Shown: positions 37,531 through 47,800 of the stretch, in pieces | How the letters are laid out: each line of letters starts with the position of its first letter | Position numbering within the stretch: position 1 is the stretch's first letter | DNA from: Muribaculaceae bacterium | Lineage (GTDB): Bacteria > Bacteroidota > Bacteroidia > Bacteroidales > Muribaculaceae | Length of the DNA stretch: 61,192 nucleotides | NCBI GenBank assembly: GCA_017962765.1 | Contig: JAGCUP010000008.1 | Location: 1 to 61,192 of the forward strand | Reading direction: 5' to 3' | Notes under the pieces: generated by a model | The model's input: the letters and a program-made list of their open reading frames with translations, nothing else | Databases searched by the model: none | What the model was told of the DNA's origin: nothing | Position numbers and translations under genes: made by a program

Positions 37531-39543
37531 ATGATACAGATTAAGAAGATGGTGGTGGCACTCGCGTTCATGGCAGCGATGGTGCCCAGTGCCGTTGCTC
37601 TCAACGTGAGCGTGACGGCGGGCAAGTTGGCCGATGCGGTGACCAACCACAATGTGAGTGAGCTCGTTGTGAGCGGTACCGTGGACGCGCGTGATTTCTA
37701 TTTCATCGCCCACGAATTGCCCAACCTCAAGCAAATTGACCTGAGTGGTGTGTCGATTGTGGCCTACCGCTCGGAGGATGCACTCTTTGCCTCACAGGTG
37801 GATTTCCCTGCCGACGAGCTGCCGCAGTTCGCCTTCTTTGGCCTGCCGCTCACCCGCGTGGTGTTGCCGTCGGGCTTAAAGACGGTAGGCCGCGCGGCCT
37901 TGTCGGGGACGTCGGTGACGAGTCTTACGCTGCCGTCGGGCCTCGATTCGATAGGGGCCTACGCCTTTAGCTCGTGTGCCTCGCTCACCCAGGTGAGTGT
38001 GCCGGCAAGCGTGCGCGTGGCCGGTCGTGGCGCATGGTCGCGCTGCACGGCCCTGACGACAGCGACGTTGAATCCGTCGAGCGACTTCACCATTCCCGCC
38101 GACGCCTTTGTGGGGTGCGTGAAACTGGCTAACGTGAGCCTAGGAGCGCGCGTGACCGTCATCGGCGCCAACGCCTTCGGAGGGTGTTCGCTGCTCAAAG
38201 GTATCACCGTGGCCACGAGCAGCCGCCTGGCCGCCGTCGAGAGCCACGCCTTTGACCGCTCGGGCCTCAACACGATTGAATTCCTTCGCAAGGGTCAGGT
38301 GACGCAGGTGGGTAGTTGGGCCTTCGCCAATGCCGCCCTTGTGGCCGCCAACGTGCCGACCAGTGTGACGTCACTGGGTGAGGGCGCCTTCTTCTACAAT
38401 ACCACGCTCACCGGCGTGACGTTGCCTTCGCTGGCCGCTGTGCCGCCCTACGTGCTGGCCGGAGACGAGCAAGTGACGGCGACCGAGGTCATTCCCTCGA
38501 ATGCCACGCGCGTGGGCGACTATGCTTTCTATAACTGGGGTAGCACCCATTTCGTTATCCCCAACAAGGTGAACTACATCGGTACTCAGGCCATGGCCGG
38601 AATGACACAGCTGCAAGAGGTTGAGGCTAAGCCCACCACCGTGCCCGCCCTGGGCGAGAACGTGTGGGCCGGCGTGCCGCAGTCCACTGTGACGCTAAAA
38701 GTGCCTCGCGGCACCGACGGCAACTATAAGGCTGCCGCGCAGTGGAAAGAATTCCTTGTCACTCCCGAGACTCATTTGCGCGGCGACGTGAACGGCGACG
38801 GATATGTGAACGGCAGTGACGTGACGGCGCTTTACAACGTGGTGCTGGGCATTAACATGACCCACGAATCGCGTGCCGATGTCAACGAAGACGGATATGT
38901 CAACGGTGCCGACATCACCGCGCTATACAATATTTTGTTGGGCGATGCCAGCTCAATCGCTCCCGCCAAGGCCCCCCGTGCCCGCCATATCAGTGACGCC
39001 CTCAAGGCCGAGGCTGTGACGCTGCGGCCTGGCGGCGAGGCCACTCTCGAGCTGCGCCTCGATAATGCTACGCCCTACACCACCTTCCAGCTCGACCTCG
39101 CGCTGCCCGTGGGGGTGAGCGTGGCCGGCATGGAGTTGGGTGAGCGTGCAGGCGGCATGGCGATGGGCTTCAACGAAATCACCAGCGGCGTCTATCGCGC
39201 GCTGGCCTTCTCGCCGACGCTCGCCACGCTCGATGACGAGAGCGGTGTGGTGCTCCGCGTCACGCTGCGCGCCGACGAGGCTTTCGCCGGCGGCGAGGCC
39301 GCAGTGAGCCAAATTCTGATGGTGGAGACCGATGAGACCAGCAACTGGCTGGCCGACTTCAACGTGCGCCTCGAAGCTACCACCGCCATTGGCGAGATTG
39401 ATGCCGTGGAGGCCGCCGGCCCCGTCGATGTGTATAACCTTCAGGGCCAACTCATTCGCCGCCAGGTTCCCGTGGCCGAGGCCACCGAGGGACTTCCCGC
39501 TGGCACCTACATCGTGGGCCACAAGAAAGTAAAGGTTAATTAA
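37531..39543 (+). CDS. BspA-type LRR protein with dockerin-like repeat, cohesin-like domain and T9SS-type C-terminal domain
   Basis: Signal peptide; LxxxxLPxxLxxIGxxAF repeats; GDVNGDGYVNGSDVTALYNVVL...DVNEDGYVNGADITALYNILL (38782-38943); beta-sandwich LRPGGEATLELRLDN..YTTFQLDLALP..GVVLRVTLRA; tail DVYNLQGQLIR...LPAGTYIVGHKKVKVN. Confidence 0.82.
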   Translation: MIQIKKMVVALAFMAAMVPSAVALNVSVTAGKLADAVTNHNVSELVVSGTVDARDFYFIAHELPNLKQIDLSGVSIVAYRSEDALFASQVDFPADELPQFAFFGLPLTRVVLPSGLKTVGRAALSGTSVTSLTLPSGLDSIGAYAFSSCASLTQVSVPASVRVAGRGAWSRCTALTTATLNPSSDFTIPADAFVGCVKLANVSLGARVTVIGANAFGGCSLLKGITVATSSRLAAVESHAFDRSGLNTIEFLRKGQVTQVGSWAFANAALVAANVPTSVTSLGEGAFFYNTTLTGVTLPSLAAVPPYVLAGDEQVTATEVIPSNATRVGDYAFYNWGSTHFVIPNKVNYIGTQAMAGMTQLQEVEAKPTTVPALGENVWAGVPQSTVTLKVPRGTDGNYKAAAQWKEFLVTPETHLRGDVNGDGYVNGSDVTALYNVVLGINMTHESRADVNEDGYVNGADITALYNILLGDASSIAPAKAPRARHISDALKAEAVTLRPGGEATLELRLDNATPYTTFQLDLALPVGVSVAGMELGERAGGMAMGFNEITSGVYRALAFSPTLATLDDESGVVLRVTLRADEAFAGGEAAVSQILMVETDETSNWLADFNVRLEATTAIGEIDAVEAAGPVDVYNLQGQLIRRQVPVAEATEGLPAGTYIVGHKKVKVN

Positions 39544-39589
39544 TTCCTAATTCCTAATTGCTCATTCCTAATTCCTAATTCCTAATTAA
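39541..39589. repeat. (TAATTCC)x~7 heptamer array
   Basis: Starts at the TAA stop of the LRR gene and fills most of the gap to argS. Confidence 0.88.
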
Positions 39590-39594
39590 TAGAA

Positions 39595-41379
39595 ATGTCT
39601 ATAGAACAAATACTTTCGCAAGCCACGGCGCAAGCCGTGGCCGAGCTCTATGGCGTGGAGTTCCCCGCCGACAAAATCAATCCGCAGACCACCCGCAAGG
39701 AATTTGAGGGCAACCTCACCATCATGGTATTCCCTTTCCTCAAAGCGTCGCACAAGGCTCCCGAGGCCACTGCGCAAGAGATTGGCGACTACCTCGTGGC
39801 TCACTGCGAGGCCGTGGAGAAATATAACGTAATCAAGGGCTTTCTCAACATCACCATTTCGCCCGCTTTCTGGGCAGGCGTGCTGAATCAAATTTGCGCC
39901 ACGCCCGACTACGGTTTCACGCCAGTGACCGACGAGAGCGACCTTGTGATGATAGAGTATTCGTCGCCCAACACCAACAAGCCGCTCCACTTGGGGCACG
40001 TGCGCAACAATCTGCTGGGCTATAGTTTGGCCCAAATCATGAAGGCGTGCGGCCATAAAGTGGTGAAAACGAATATCGTCAACGACCGCGGTATCCACAT
40101 CTGCAAGTCGATGCTCGCCTGGCTCAAGTGGGGCAACGGCATCACCCCCGAGAAAGCCGGCAAGAAAGGCGACCACCTTATCGGCGACTTCTATGTGCTC
40201 TTCGATAAGCACTACAAGGCCGAAATCAAGGAGATTGCCGCCCGCGAGGGCATCACCGAGGAGGAGGCCGAGAAGAAATCGGCCCTTATGGGTGAGGCAC
40301 GCGAGATGCTCAAGAAGTGGGAGGACAACGACCCCGAGGTACGCCGTCTGTGGGCCATGATGAACGAATGGGTCTATGCCGGTTTCGACGAGACCTACAA
40401 GCGCATGGGCGTCGATTTCGACAAGATTTATTACGAGAGCAACACCTACCTCGAAGGAAAAGAGAAGGTAGAGGAAGGCCTCGAAAAAGGCGTCTTCTAT
40501 CGCAAGGACGATGGCAGCGTGTGGGCCGACCTCACGGCCGACGGCCTCGACCACAAGTTGTTGCTGCGCAGCGACGGTACCAGCGTGTATATCACGCAGG
40601 ACATCGGCACCGCCAAGCTGCGCTACCAGGATTATCCCATCGACAAGATGATTTATGTGGTGGGCAACGAGCAGAACTACCACTTCCAGGTGCTCTCGCT
40701 ACTGCTCGACAAACTCGGTTTCAAGTGGGGTAAGGACCTGATTCACTTCTCTTACGGAATGGTGGAGCTACCCTGCGGAAAGATGAAGTCGCGTGAAGGC
40801 ACCGTGGTCGATGCCGACGATCTCATGGACAAGATGGTGACCGACGCGGCCGCCATGAGCAGCGACCGTCTCACCGAGATGAGCGCCGAGGAGCGTGACA
40901 AAGTGGCAGAAATCATCGGTATGGGCGCCCTCAAGTATTTCATTCTCAAGGTGGACCCGCGCAAGAATATGCTCTTCAATCCCGAGGAGTCTATCGACTT
41001 CAACGGCAATACGGGGCCGTTCGTGCAATATACTTATGCCCGTATCCGCTCGTTGCAGCGCAAGGCGCAGGAGGCCGGGATGGAAATCGGGGTGTGTGAC
41101 AACGTAGTGCCCAACGACAAGGAGGTAGCCCTCATCCAGCGTCTCGCCGACTTCCCCTCGACGGTGGCCGAGGCGGGTCGCAGCTACAGTCCGGCCCAGA
41201 TTGTCAACTATGTGTATGACCTCGCCAAGGAGTACAACCAGTATTACCACGACTGCCCCATCCTCAAGGAAGGCAACAAGGAGGCGTGCGCCATGCGCCT
41301 GGCGCTGTCGGGCGTAGTGGCCGACGTCATTGCGCGTGGCTTCTCGCTGCTGGGCATCGAGGTGCCCGAGCGTATGTGA
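39595..41379 (+). CDS. argS: Arginine--tRNA ligase
   Basis: IEYSSPNTNKPLHLGHVRN (HIGH-like), GKMKSREG, FNGNTGPFVQYTYAR, C-terminal LLGIEVPERM. Confidence 0.98.
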   Translation: MSIEQILSQATAQAVAELYGVEFPADKINPQTTRKEFEGNLTIMVFPFLKASHKAPEATAQEIGDYLVAHCEAVEKYNVIKGFLNITISPAFWAGVLNQICATPDYGFTPVTDESDLVMIEYSSPNTNKPLHLGHVRNNLLGYSLAQIMKACGHKVVKTNIVNDRGIHICKSMLAWLKWGNGITPEKAGKKGDHLIGDFYVLFDKHYKAEIKEIAAREGITEEEAEKKSALMGEAREMLKKWEDNDPEVRRLWAMMNEWVYAGFDETYKRMGVDFDKIYYESNTYLEGKEKVEEGLEKGVFYRKDDGSVWADLTADGLDHKLLLRSDGTSVYITQDIGTAKLRYQDYPIDKMIYVVGNEQNYHFQVLSLLLDKLGFKWGKDLIHFSYGMVELPCGKMKSREGTVVDADDLMDKMVTDAAAMSSDRLTEMSAEERDKVAEIIGMGALKYFILKVDPRKNMLFNPEESIDFNGNTGPFVQYTYARIRSLQRKAQEAGMEIGVCDNVVPNDKEVALIQRLADFPSTVAEAGRSYSPAQIVNYVYDLAKEYNQYYHDCPILKEGNKEACAMRLALSGVVADVIARGFSLLGIEVPERM

Positions 41380-41443
41380 TTTGGCACGCGATTTGCAATA
41401 ACACATTTCAAGAACATAATACTCACCTTTAATTTATAAGAAA

Positions 41444-42289
41444 ATGGCAAACAACATCAATTACAATGGTTATGGCGGACAGCAACAACCGCCCCAATAC
41501 GGCCAGCAGCCCTATGGGCAGCAGCCTTACGGCTATCCCGGCTATGGACAGCCTCAATATGGTCAGCAGCCTTACGGCCAGCAGCCCCCACAATCGCAGG
41601 CTGCACAGTTCCAACGCGAGCTGTTGTTGAAGGACTACCTCACCCGCGTCATGAGCCGCGTCTATCTGAAAATGTTCCTTGCGCTCATCGTCACGGCCCT
41701 CACGGCCTTCGTGGTGAGCCACACTCCCGCCCTTCTCAACCTTATCTTTAGCAACCAAATCATTTTCTGGGGCCTGATTATCGCCGAGTTAGGCGTGGTG
41801 TTCGTGCTCTCGGGAATGATAAACAAGTTGAGTACAACGGCTGCCACGGCACTGTTCTATGGTTATAGTATCCTCAACGGCGTGACACTTGCCGCAGTGT
41901 TCTTGGCTTATACCGGTGTCTCCATCGCCCTCACGTTCTTTGTGACGTCGGGCGTGTTCGCCGCAATGAGCATTTACGGCTACACGACGAAGGCTGACCT
42001 CAGCAAGATGGGTTCCATCCTGTTCATGCTTCTTATTGGTGTCATCATCGCCTCCATCGTCAACATCTTCCTTGCCAATAGCGTACTTGACTGGATTATC
42101 TCCATCGCTGGCGTGGTCATCTTCGTGGGCCTCACCGCTTGGGACACCCAGAAAATCAAGAAAATGGCAATGCAGACCGACGAGCAGAACGTGGGTAAAC
42201 TCGCCACGGTAGGCGCTCTCTCGCTTTACCTCGACTTTATCAACCTCTTCCTCTACCTGCTCCGCTTCCTCGGCGCCAGCCGCAGCTAA
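41444..42289 (+). CDS. Bax inhibitor-1/YccA family membrane protein with a Q/Y/G/P-rich N-terminal extension
   Basis: Seven TM segments, YGYTTKADLS, GLTAWDTQKIK, ALSLYLDFINLFLYLLR. Confidence 0.93.
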   Translation: MANNINYNGYGGQQQPPQYGQQPYGQQPYGYPGYGQPQYGQQPYGQQPPQSQAAQFQRELLLKDYLTRVMSRVYLKMFLALIVTALTAFVVSHTPALLNLIFSNQIIFWGLIIAELGVVFVLSGMINKLSTTAATALFYGYSILNGVTLAAVFLAYTGVSIALTFFVTSGVFAAMSIYGYTTKADLSKMGSILFMLLIGVIIASIVNIFLANSVLDWIISIAGVVIFVGLTAWDTQKIKKMAMQTDEQNVGKLATVGALSLYLDFINLFLYLLRFLGASRS

Positions 42290-42317
42290 TAAGCAAAATC
42301 ACCTTATTGAAATACGT

Positions 42318-42353
42318 GCGGGGCATGTGAATCACAACAGTCACATGCCCCGC
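42318..42353. terminator. Strong hairpin downstream of the YccA-like gene
   Basis: GCGGGGCATGTGA-10nt-TCACATGCCCCGC; no clear U-tract. Confidence 0.55.
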
Positions 42354-42397
42354 CGCTATATTATTACGCAATGAGTTCAGTTTTGCGTGTGCGTCGT

Positions 42398-42483
42398 AAA
42401 AAAGGTGGTGGCCCTCGCGGTGGTCATTAGGCCTAAATAGATTTCCATTGCCTTGCCACGCGAGGGCCACTCGTTCACCTTTA
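42398..42483 (-). terminator. Long-loop hairpin, probable terminator of the AAA ATPase gene
   Basis: GTGGCCCTCGCG (42407-42418) pairs with CGCGAGGGCCAC (42459-42470); the A-run at about 42398-42403 gives a U-tract on the minus strand. Confidence 0.55.
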
Positions 42484-42527
42484 AATTAACAATTAAAACA
42501 ATTGATATGGAACAAGTTGATTACTTT

Positions 42528-44285
42528 CTAAAATCCCACTCTACGGTAGTTGCTGTCGTCCTCAATAAGTTCATTGTCGCAAATGCTGCTCAGCGAGTCG
42601 AGGGTATCAGTCTTGTCGTCGTAGAGTATGTTGTTGATAGCATACTTGCGAGCCACATTCTCAATTTGTCCGCCGCTGAACTCATATTTCTCGGCAAGCG
42701 TGGTGGCTTGTTCGCTGTTCAGCGAGGGAATCATAGCGTGCCAAATGTGTTCACGAGCCTCTACGCTAGGACGTTCAAACTTGATTTTGTAGAGGAAACG
42801 TCGCTCAAATGCTGTGTCGAGATTGTCGGCGAGGTTGGTCGTGGCAATCAAGATTCCGTTGAGTGATTCCATTTCTTGCAAAATGATATTCTGCATTGTG
42901 TTGATCATTTGGTCGGTGCTGCGCCGCACGTCGGTCAGTCGCTTGCAGAAAATGGCGTCGGCCTCGTTGAAAAGCAAGATAGGTGTGAGCTTGCTCTTCT
43001 TGGTGAGAGCGCGATATTGGTCAAAAACACGCTTGACGTTCTTCTCGCTCTCGCCCACCCACTTGTCCTTGATTTGAGGTACGTCGACGAGAAGTATGTC
43101 GCGTTGCGTTGCGCGTGCGAGCTGATACACAGTTTCGGTCTTTCCAGTGCCGGGGCCACCGTAGAATATGCAAGTGAAAGCGCTGCGGAAATTACTCTGC
43201 TTCATTCGCTCAACGATAGTGTTGTAGTTGTCTTGTTCAAAGAACTTGCCGAGTTCACTCACTTGCTTATCCACTCGCGGTTCAAAGAAGAGCGGTTTGT
43301 CGGCAATGCCGCTGGCCTTGATCAATTTAAGGAAATGGTTCTCAAAGAGTCCGTTGTCTTGTTCCTCCTCCTTTTTACGACGTTTTGCAATCTTTACATC
43401 TGCGAGCAACTGTTTGCGGCCATTCCTAGTTAAGGTGACAATGTTAGGATAAGCTACGCCGTCCTCGCAATACGGCTCCACCAGACCTTTGGTGATAAGC
43501 TCGTTATATCCTTCTTTTAAGCTGAATTTCATTTCGCTGGCTTCTAGTTGGTCGTCAAGGTATTGAAGGGTCTTTTGCACCTTAACGTACCTTGTGCCCC
43601 TTATGCTAATGCCCGTGCACAGCATTATCAAGGTAAAAATACTGCTATAACCATTAAGATTCAAATCGTTGAGCGACTTGACAAATCGACATTCGGGATT
43701 GGCCTCAAGAATCCACAATATATTCTCTTTTAGCTCTTCGTTGGTCATTTGTTTGTCGTAAGTTCTCACAATCAATCTGTTCGCATAGGCGAGTAGTTGG
43801 TCTGAGTTAAGTCCCGTCACTTGCGGCGCCTTATAGTCTACGTTGCGTGCAAGTAGCTTGAGCACGTGGCTGGGCACGCTGTAAGTGTCATTGCCCAAGT
43901 GCTCATTGACTGAGAGCAGTCGCAAGTGCACCAATGTGGTCAAGTCGTTCACCAGCGAGATAGCGTGTGCGTTGGAGATATCAAGGCATTGTGCAAAGTC
44001 GCCAACCGTCATTTGGTTGAAGTCGTTTTCAATGCACACTCCGAGCAAAAACGCTTGCATTTCGGTGACGCCAAGGCGCTTCGCAAGATAGGCGAGCTCG
44101 GGAGCCACGATTTTGAGTGTTTCCTCGTTGAACACATTAAACCTAGCGACCATTCCCACTCGTTCCAAGGCTTGAAGCAGTGTTGTGGGTGCTGGTTCGA
44201 ATCCTTCAAGCAGATTCATTTCCTCTTCGTTGTTCACGTCGTAGTTCATACTCTCATCAATCATTTTTTTATTGAAATTATTCAT
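42528..44285 (-). CDS. AAA+ ATPase with a long uncharacterised N-terminal region
   Basis: FYGGPGTGKT Walker A, KWVGESEKNVK pore loop, LLFNEAD Walker B variant, ATTNL..LDTAFERRF, FSGGQIEN, C-terminal RRVGF. Visibly AT-richer than its neighbours. Confidence 0.9.
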   Translation of the reverse strand: MNNFNKKMIDESMNYDVNNEEEMNLLEGFEPAPTTLLQALERVGMVARFNVFNEETLKIVAPELAYLAKRLGVTEMQAFLLGVCIENDFNQMTVGDFAQCLDISNAHAISLVNDLTTLVHLRLLSVNEHLGNDTYSVPSHVLKLLARNVDYKAPQVTGLNSDQLLAYANRLIVRTYDKQMTNEELKENILWILEANPECRFVKSLNDLNLNGYSSIFTLIMLCTGISIRGTRYVKVQKTLQYLDDQLEASEMKFSLKEGYNELITKGLVEPYCEDGVAYPNIVTLTRNGRKQLLADVKIAKRRKKEEEQDNGLFENHFLKLIKASGIADKPLFFEPRVDKQVSELGKFFEQDNYNTIVERMKQSNFRSAFTCIFYGGPGTGKTETVYQLARATQRDILLVDVPQIKDKWVGESEKNVKRVFDQYRALTKKSKLTPILLFNEADAIFCKRLTDVRRSTDQMINTMQNIILQEMESLNGILIATTNLADNLDTAFERRFLYKIKFERPSVEAREHIWHAMIPSLNSEQATTLAEKYEFSGGQIENVARKYAINNILYDDKTDTLDSLSSICDNELIEDDSNYRRVGF

Positions 44286-44850
44286 ATTAAATTATTTTTT
44301 TTGATTTTGCAATTTGAATGTTGTTGTTTAAAAGACGGTAAGTCCCTCCCGAGGGCCTTGTGGACACTAGTGTCCTTGGAGGCTCTCAGTTTAAAAATGC
44401 ATTGAAAATAGCTTAAGCTAGAGAGTGATACTTGGAAAACCAAGTCAAGAACTGTAATTCTTCGTCTTGATCGTGCGGTTGTTGAGGCACTGCTTCTTTA
44501 AGCTGAAGGAGAAAATATGTCTCCCCGCGAAGAATGTAAAGCCAATATACGAAAATAATTTCAAACTACAAAATATTTTATGTTAAAATAAATTAAATTC
44601 TATAATAATTTTTCTAGACAATGTAGAGTAGCTGAAAAATCTTTAGTAACCGGCTTAATCTATATATAATATATACAAATTTTTGAGATATGCAAGTAAA
44701 TCGTTGATTTTTTTAAAATTATCTTCGCATTTGCACATTATTGCATTGTGGCCAGTTGCCCTGGGCTGTTGCTGGATGGTTTTGATTATTAGGGAAAAAA
44801 TGTTATATTTGCAGGTTGAAAACGAAGAAACCTTTACATTAATATAGACT

Positions 44851-47800
44851 ATGGAACTGAAGAAGAAACTTATTGTGATGGCTGTGGCGTTATTTGTGTC
44901 GATGGCCATGGTGGCCGGTGCCACGGCGCGTGGCGACGTGAATGGCGACGGCGTGGTGAACGGTGCCGATGTGACGGCGCTCTACAACGTGTTGCTCGAA
45001 AACGTGAATCCCGCCGGCGATGCCGACGTGAACGGCGATGGCGTGGTCAACGGCAGCGATGTGACGGCGCTCTACAACCTGCTGCTCAACCCCGTGGATA
45101 ACGACGACGACCTCTTTGCCGAGTGTTACGCCACGTTGCGCAGCAAACGGGTGATAGACGAATATTATAGTGCCAATTTCTCCTTTGTGCGCTGCTTGTG
45201 GATGCTCAACGAGCTTACCACTGACGAGGCACATTGCGCTTGGGCCGATGAGGGCATCGCCGACCTGAACCACAACACGTGGGATGCCAACAACCCGTGG
45301 ATTAAAGGAATGTTCATGCGCTTGTGTGACAACATCGACGTGTGCAACTCCTACCTTGCCCGCAGCGGTCACGATGCGCAGCACAATGCCGAGGTGAGGG
45401 TGCTTCGCGCATATTACTATTTCGAGCTGATGGACCTCTACGGGAAGGCTCCCTTCTCGACCACCACGGCCCCCACCATCGAGGGCATGCCTAAGAGTCG
45501 CACCGAGCTCTTCGACTTTGTCGAGAGCGAGTTGCTGGCCTGCCGCAGCTCGCTGGCGAGTGCACGCAACGCCGACTATGGCCGCATCGACGTGGCCGCC
45601 GCCAAACTGTTGCTGGCCCGCCTCTACCTCAACGCCGAGGTCTACACAGGCACTGCGCGTTGGCAGGATGCGTGCGACATGGCGCAAGAGGTGATACAAA
45701 GCGGTTATAAGCTGCTGACTGCCAGCTCGGGCGACTATAACGCCTTCCAGCTGATGTTTATGGGCGATAACGACACAAATGGAGCTCGACAAGAAATTAT
45801 CTTCCCCATTGCCATCAACGGTGCGCAGGCGCAGACCGAGTATGATTACAACTCCACGACTTTCCTCGTCGCTTCGACCACCGACTACAAAATAGCCGCA
45901 GTCGGGACTGGCTTCAACGAGGCTTGGGCCGGCAATCGCGCCCGCAAACAGTTCTCGCAGCTCTTCTTTGGCACTGATGAGAATATTGACGACGGCCACT
46001 TCAACGAATGGCCCACAATGCTGGGCGACAGGCGTGCCCTCATAGAGACAGCCGACCACACCTTGAGCATCGATGATGAAAGCTCTTTCTATAAAGGCTT
46101 TGCCTACGTTAAGTGGCTTGGTGCCCATAGTACCGGTGCCGCCCCCTCCAACAACAATTTCGTCGATACCGACTACCCCTTGTTGCGTCTTGCCGAGGCC
46201 TTCCTTACCTACGCCGAGGCCGACGCGCGCCTCAACGACGGACGTTGCACCACGTCGGGCCTGCAGGCCTTCAACTTAATTCGCATGCGTGCCGGCGTTT
46301 CGGCGATGCGTAGTGCCAATCTCAATGATATCTTCGCCGAGTGGGGACGCGAGTTCGGCTTCGAGGGCCGTCGCCGCATCGACCTCGTGCGCTTCGGCAG
46401 TTACGGTGGCAGCCACGACTACGATTGGGAGTGGAAGAATGCCAGTAGGGAAGGTTCGGCCTTTGATGTGACGCGTAATATCTTCCCCATTCCCAATGCG
46501 GTGCTGGCACTCAATACCAACCTGACCCAGAACTCAGGTTATGACGCGCATCCTGCGGATATTTATCTGACGGCCCCCTCTGCAGTCGATGCCACCACCA
46601 ACGATGACGTGAACTTCATTTGGGAGAACACCCTGGTTTATGATGTCATTTCGGCTCCCGCCAGCTACGCTCTGGTGTTTGAATCACCGACCCGCGACCG
46701 CACGACGACGATTGAGGCCGGCAACCGCCTTTCGCTCTACATGACGCCTACGCAATTCTTCAACAAAATCAATACGCTGTACAACAGTGAGGCCGAGGCC
46801 ACGAGCGTGAAGGCCTATGTGGTTGCCACGATTCCCGGTTATGGTTCGGTAACTTCCAATGTGGCCAACATTACGCTGCAAAACACCACATTCCCTGAGT
46901 ATGTGCCCAAGCTGAACTATATCACAGGCTTCTTCACGAAAAGTGAGTTCATGATAAACAGCACCGGCAATGGCATGGTGCCTCTATATCCGTCGGAGAA
47001 CATGACCTACGACTATGGGGAAGGCGAGTTGGAATATGTGGGCTATATGCCCGGCGGCAACAATGGAGGCTTCCTTATCTTGGAAAACCCGGGCGATTGG
47101 TTCCCCTCTTATCGCGGCGATGTGTGGGGACAGTATGACAACATCCCCTATTATGAAAACATGAATGCGTCGACCGATATTATCAATTTTCACGTTTCGG
47201 CAGGTTACTATACCGTTACTGTCAACACCAAGTGGCATTCATGTTACATCTCCCCCTACCAGGGTACGGTGTCGGAACCTTATTCCACCATCACCATCGC
47301 TGGCAGTTTTAACGACTGGAGCACCACAGCGACCCCCATGCAGCCCCTCACCACCCACGGTTACAACCACGACTGGGAGGCTTACCTCACCCTGACGAGC
47401 GCCGCCGAGTTCAAGATTACCGATGGCTCGTGGGACTCTGAATGGGGAGATGGCAGCGGCACTCCCTATGGTACCGCCACCCACCAAACTAACAATTTCC
47501 GTCTGAAAGCCGGCAACTACCGTGTGGTGTTCAACGACATCACGGGCCGTTATATCTTCATCGACCTCAATGCCCAAGACCCGTACTTTGATTTCGATGT
47601 GATTGAAAATTACTACTATCTCGTGGGAACTATGAACAATTGGAGCCGCACCAACAAGGACTATATGATGACCCGTAACGGTGACAAGTTCTCCATCAAT
47701 ATTCCCGCCTCGGAGAACGACATCTATTTCAAGGTGGCCCCGCAAAGCGCCTACGAGTACGGCCACGACTTCTACAAGTCGCTGTTGTGCGCCACCGGCG

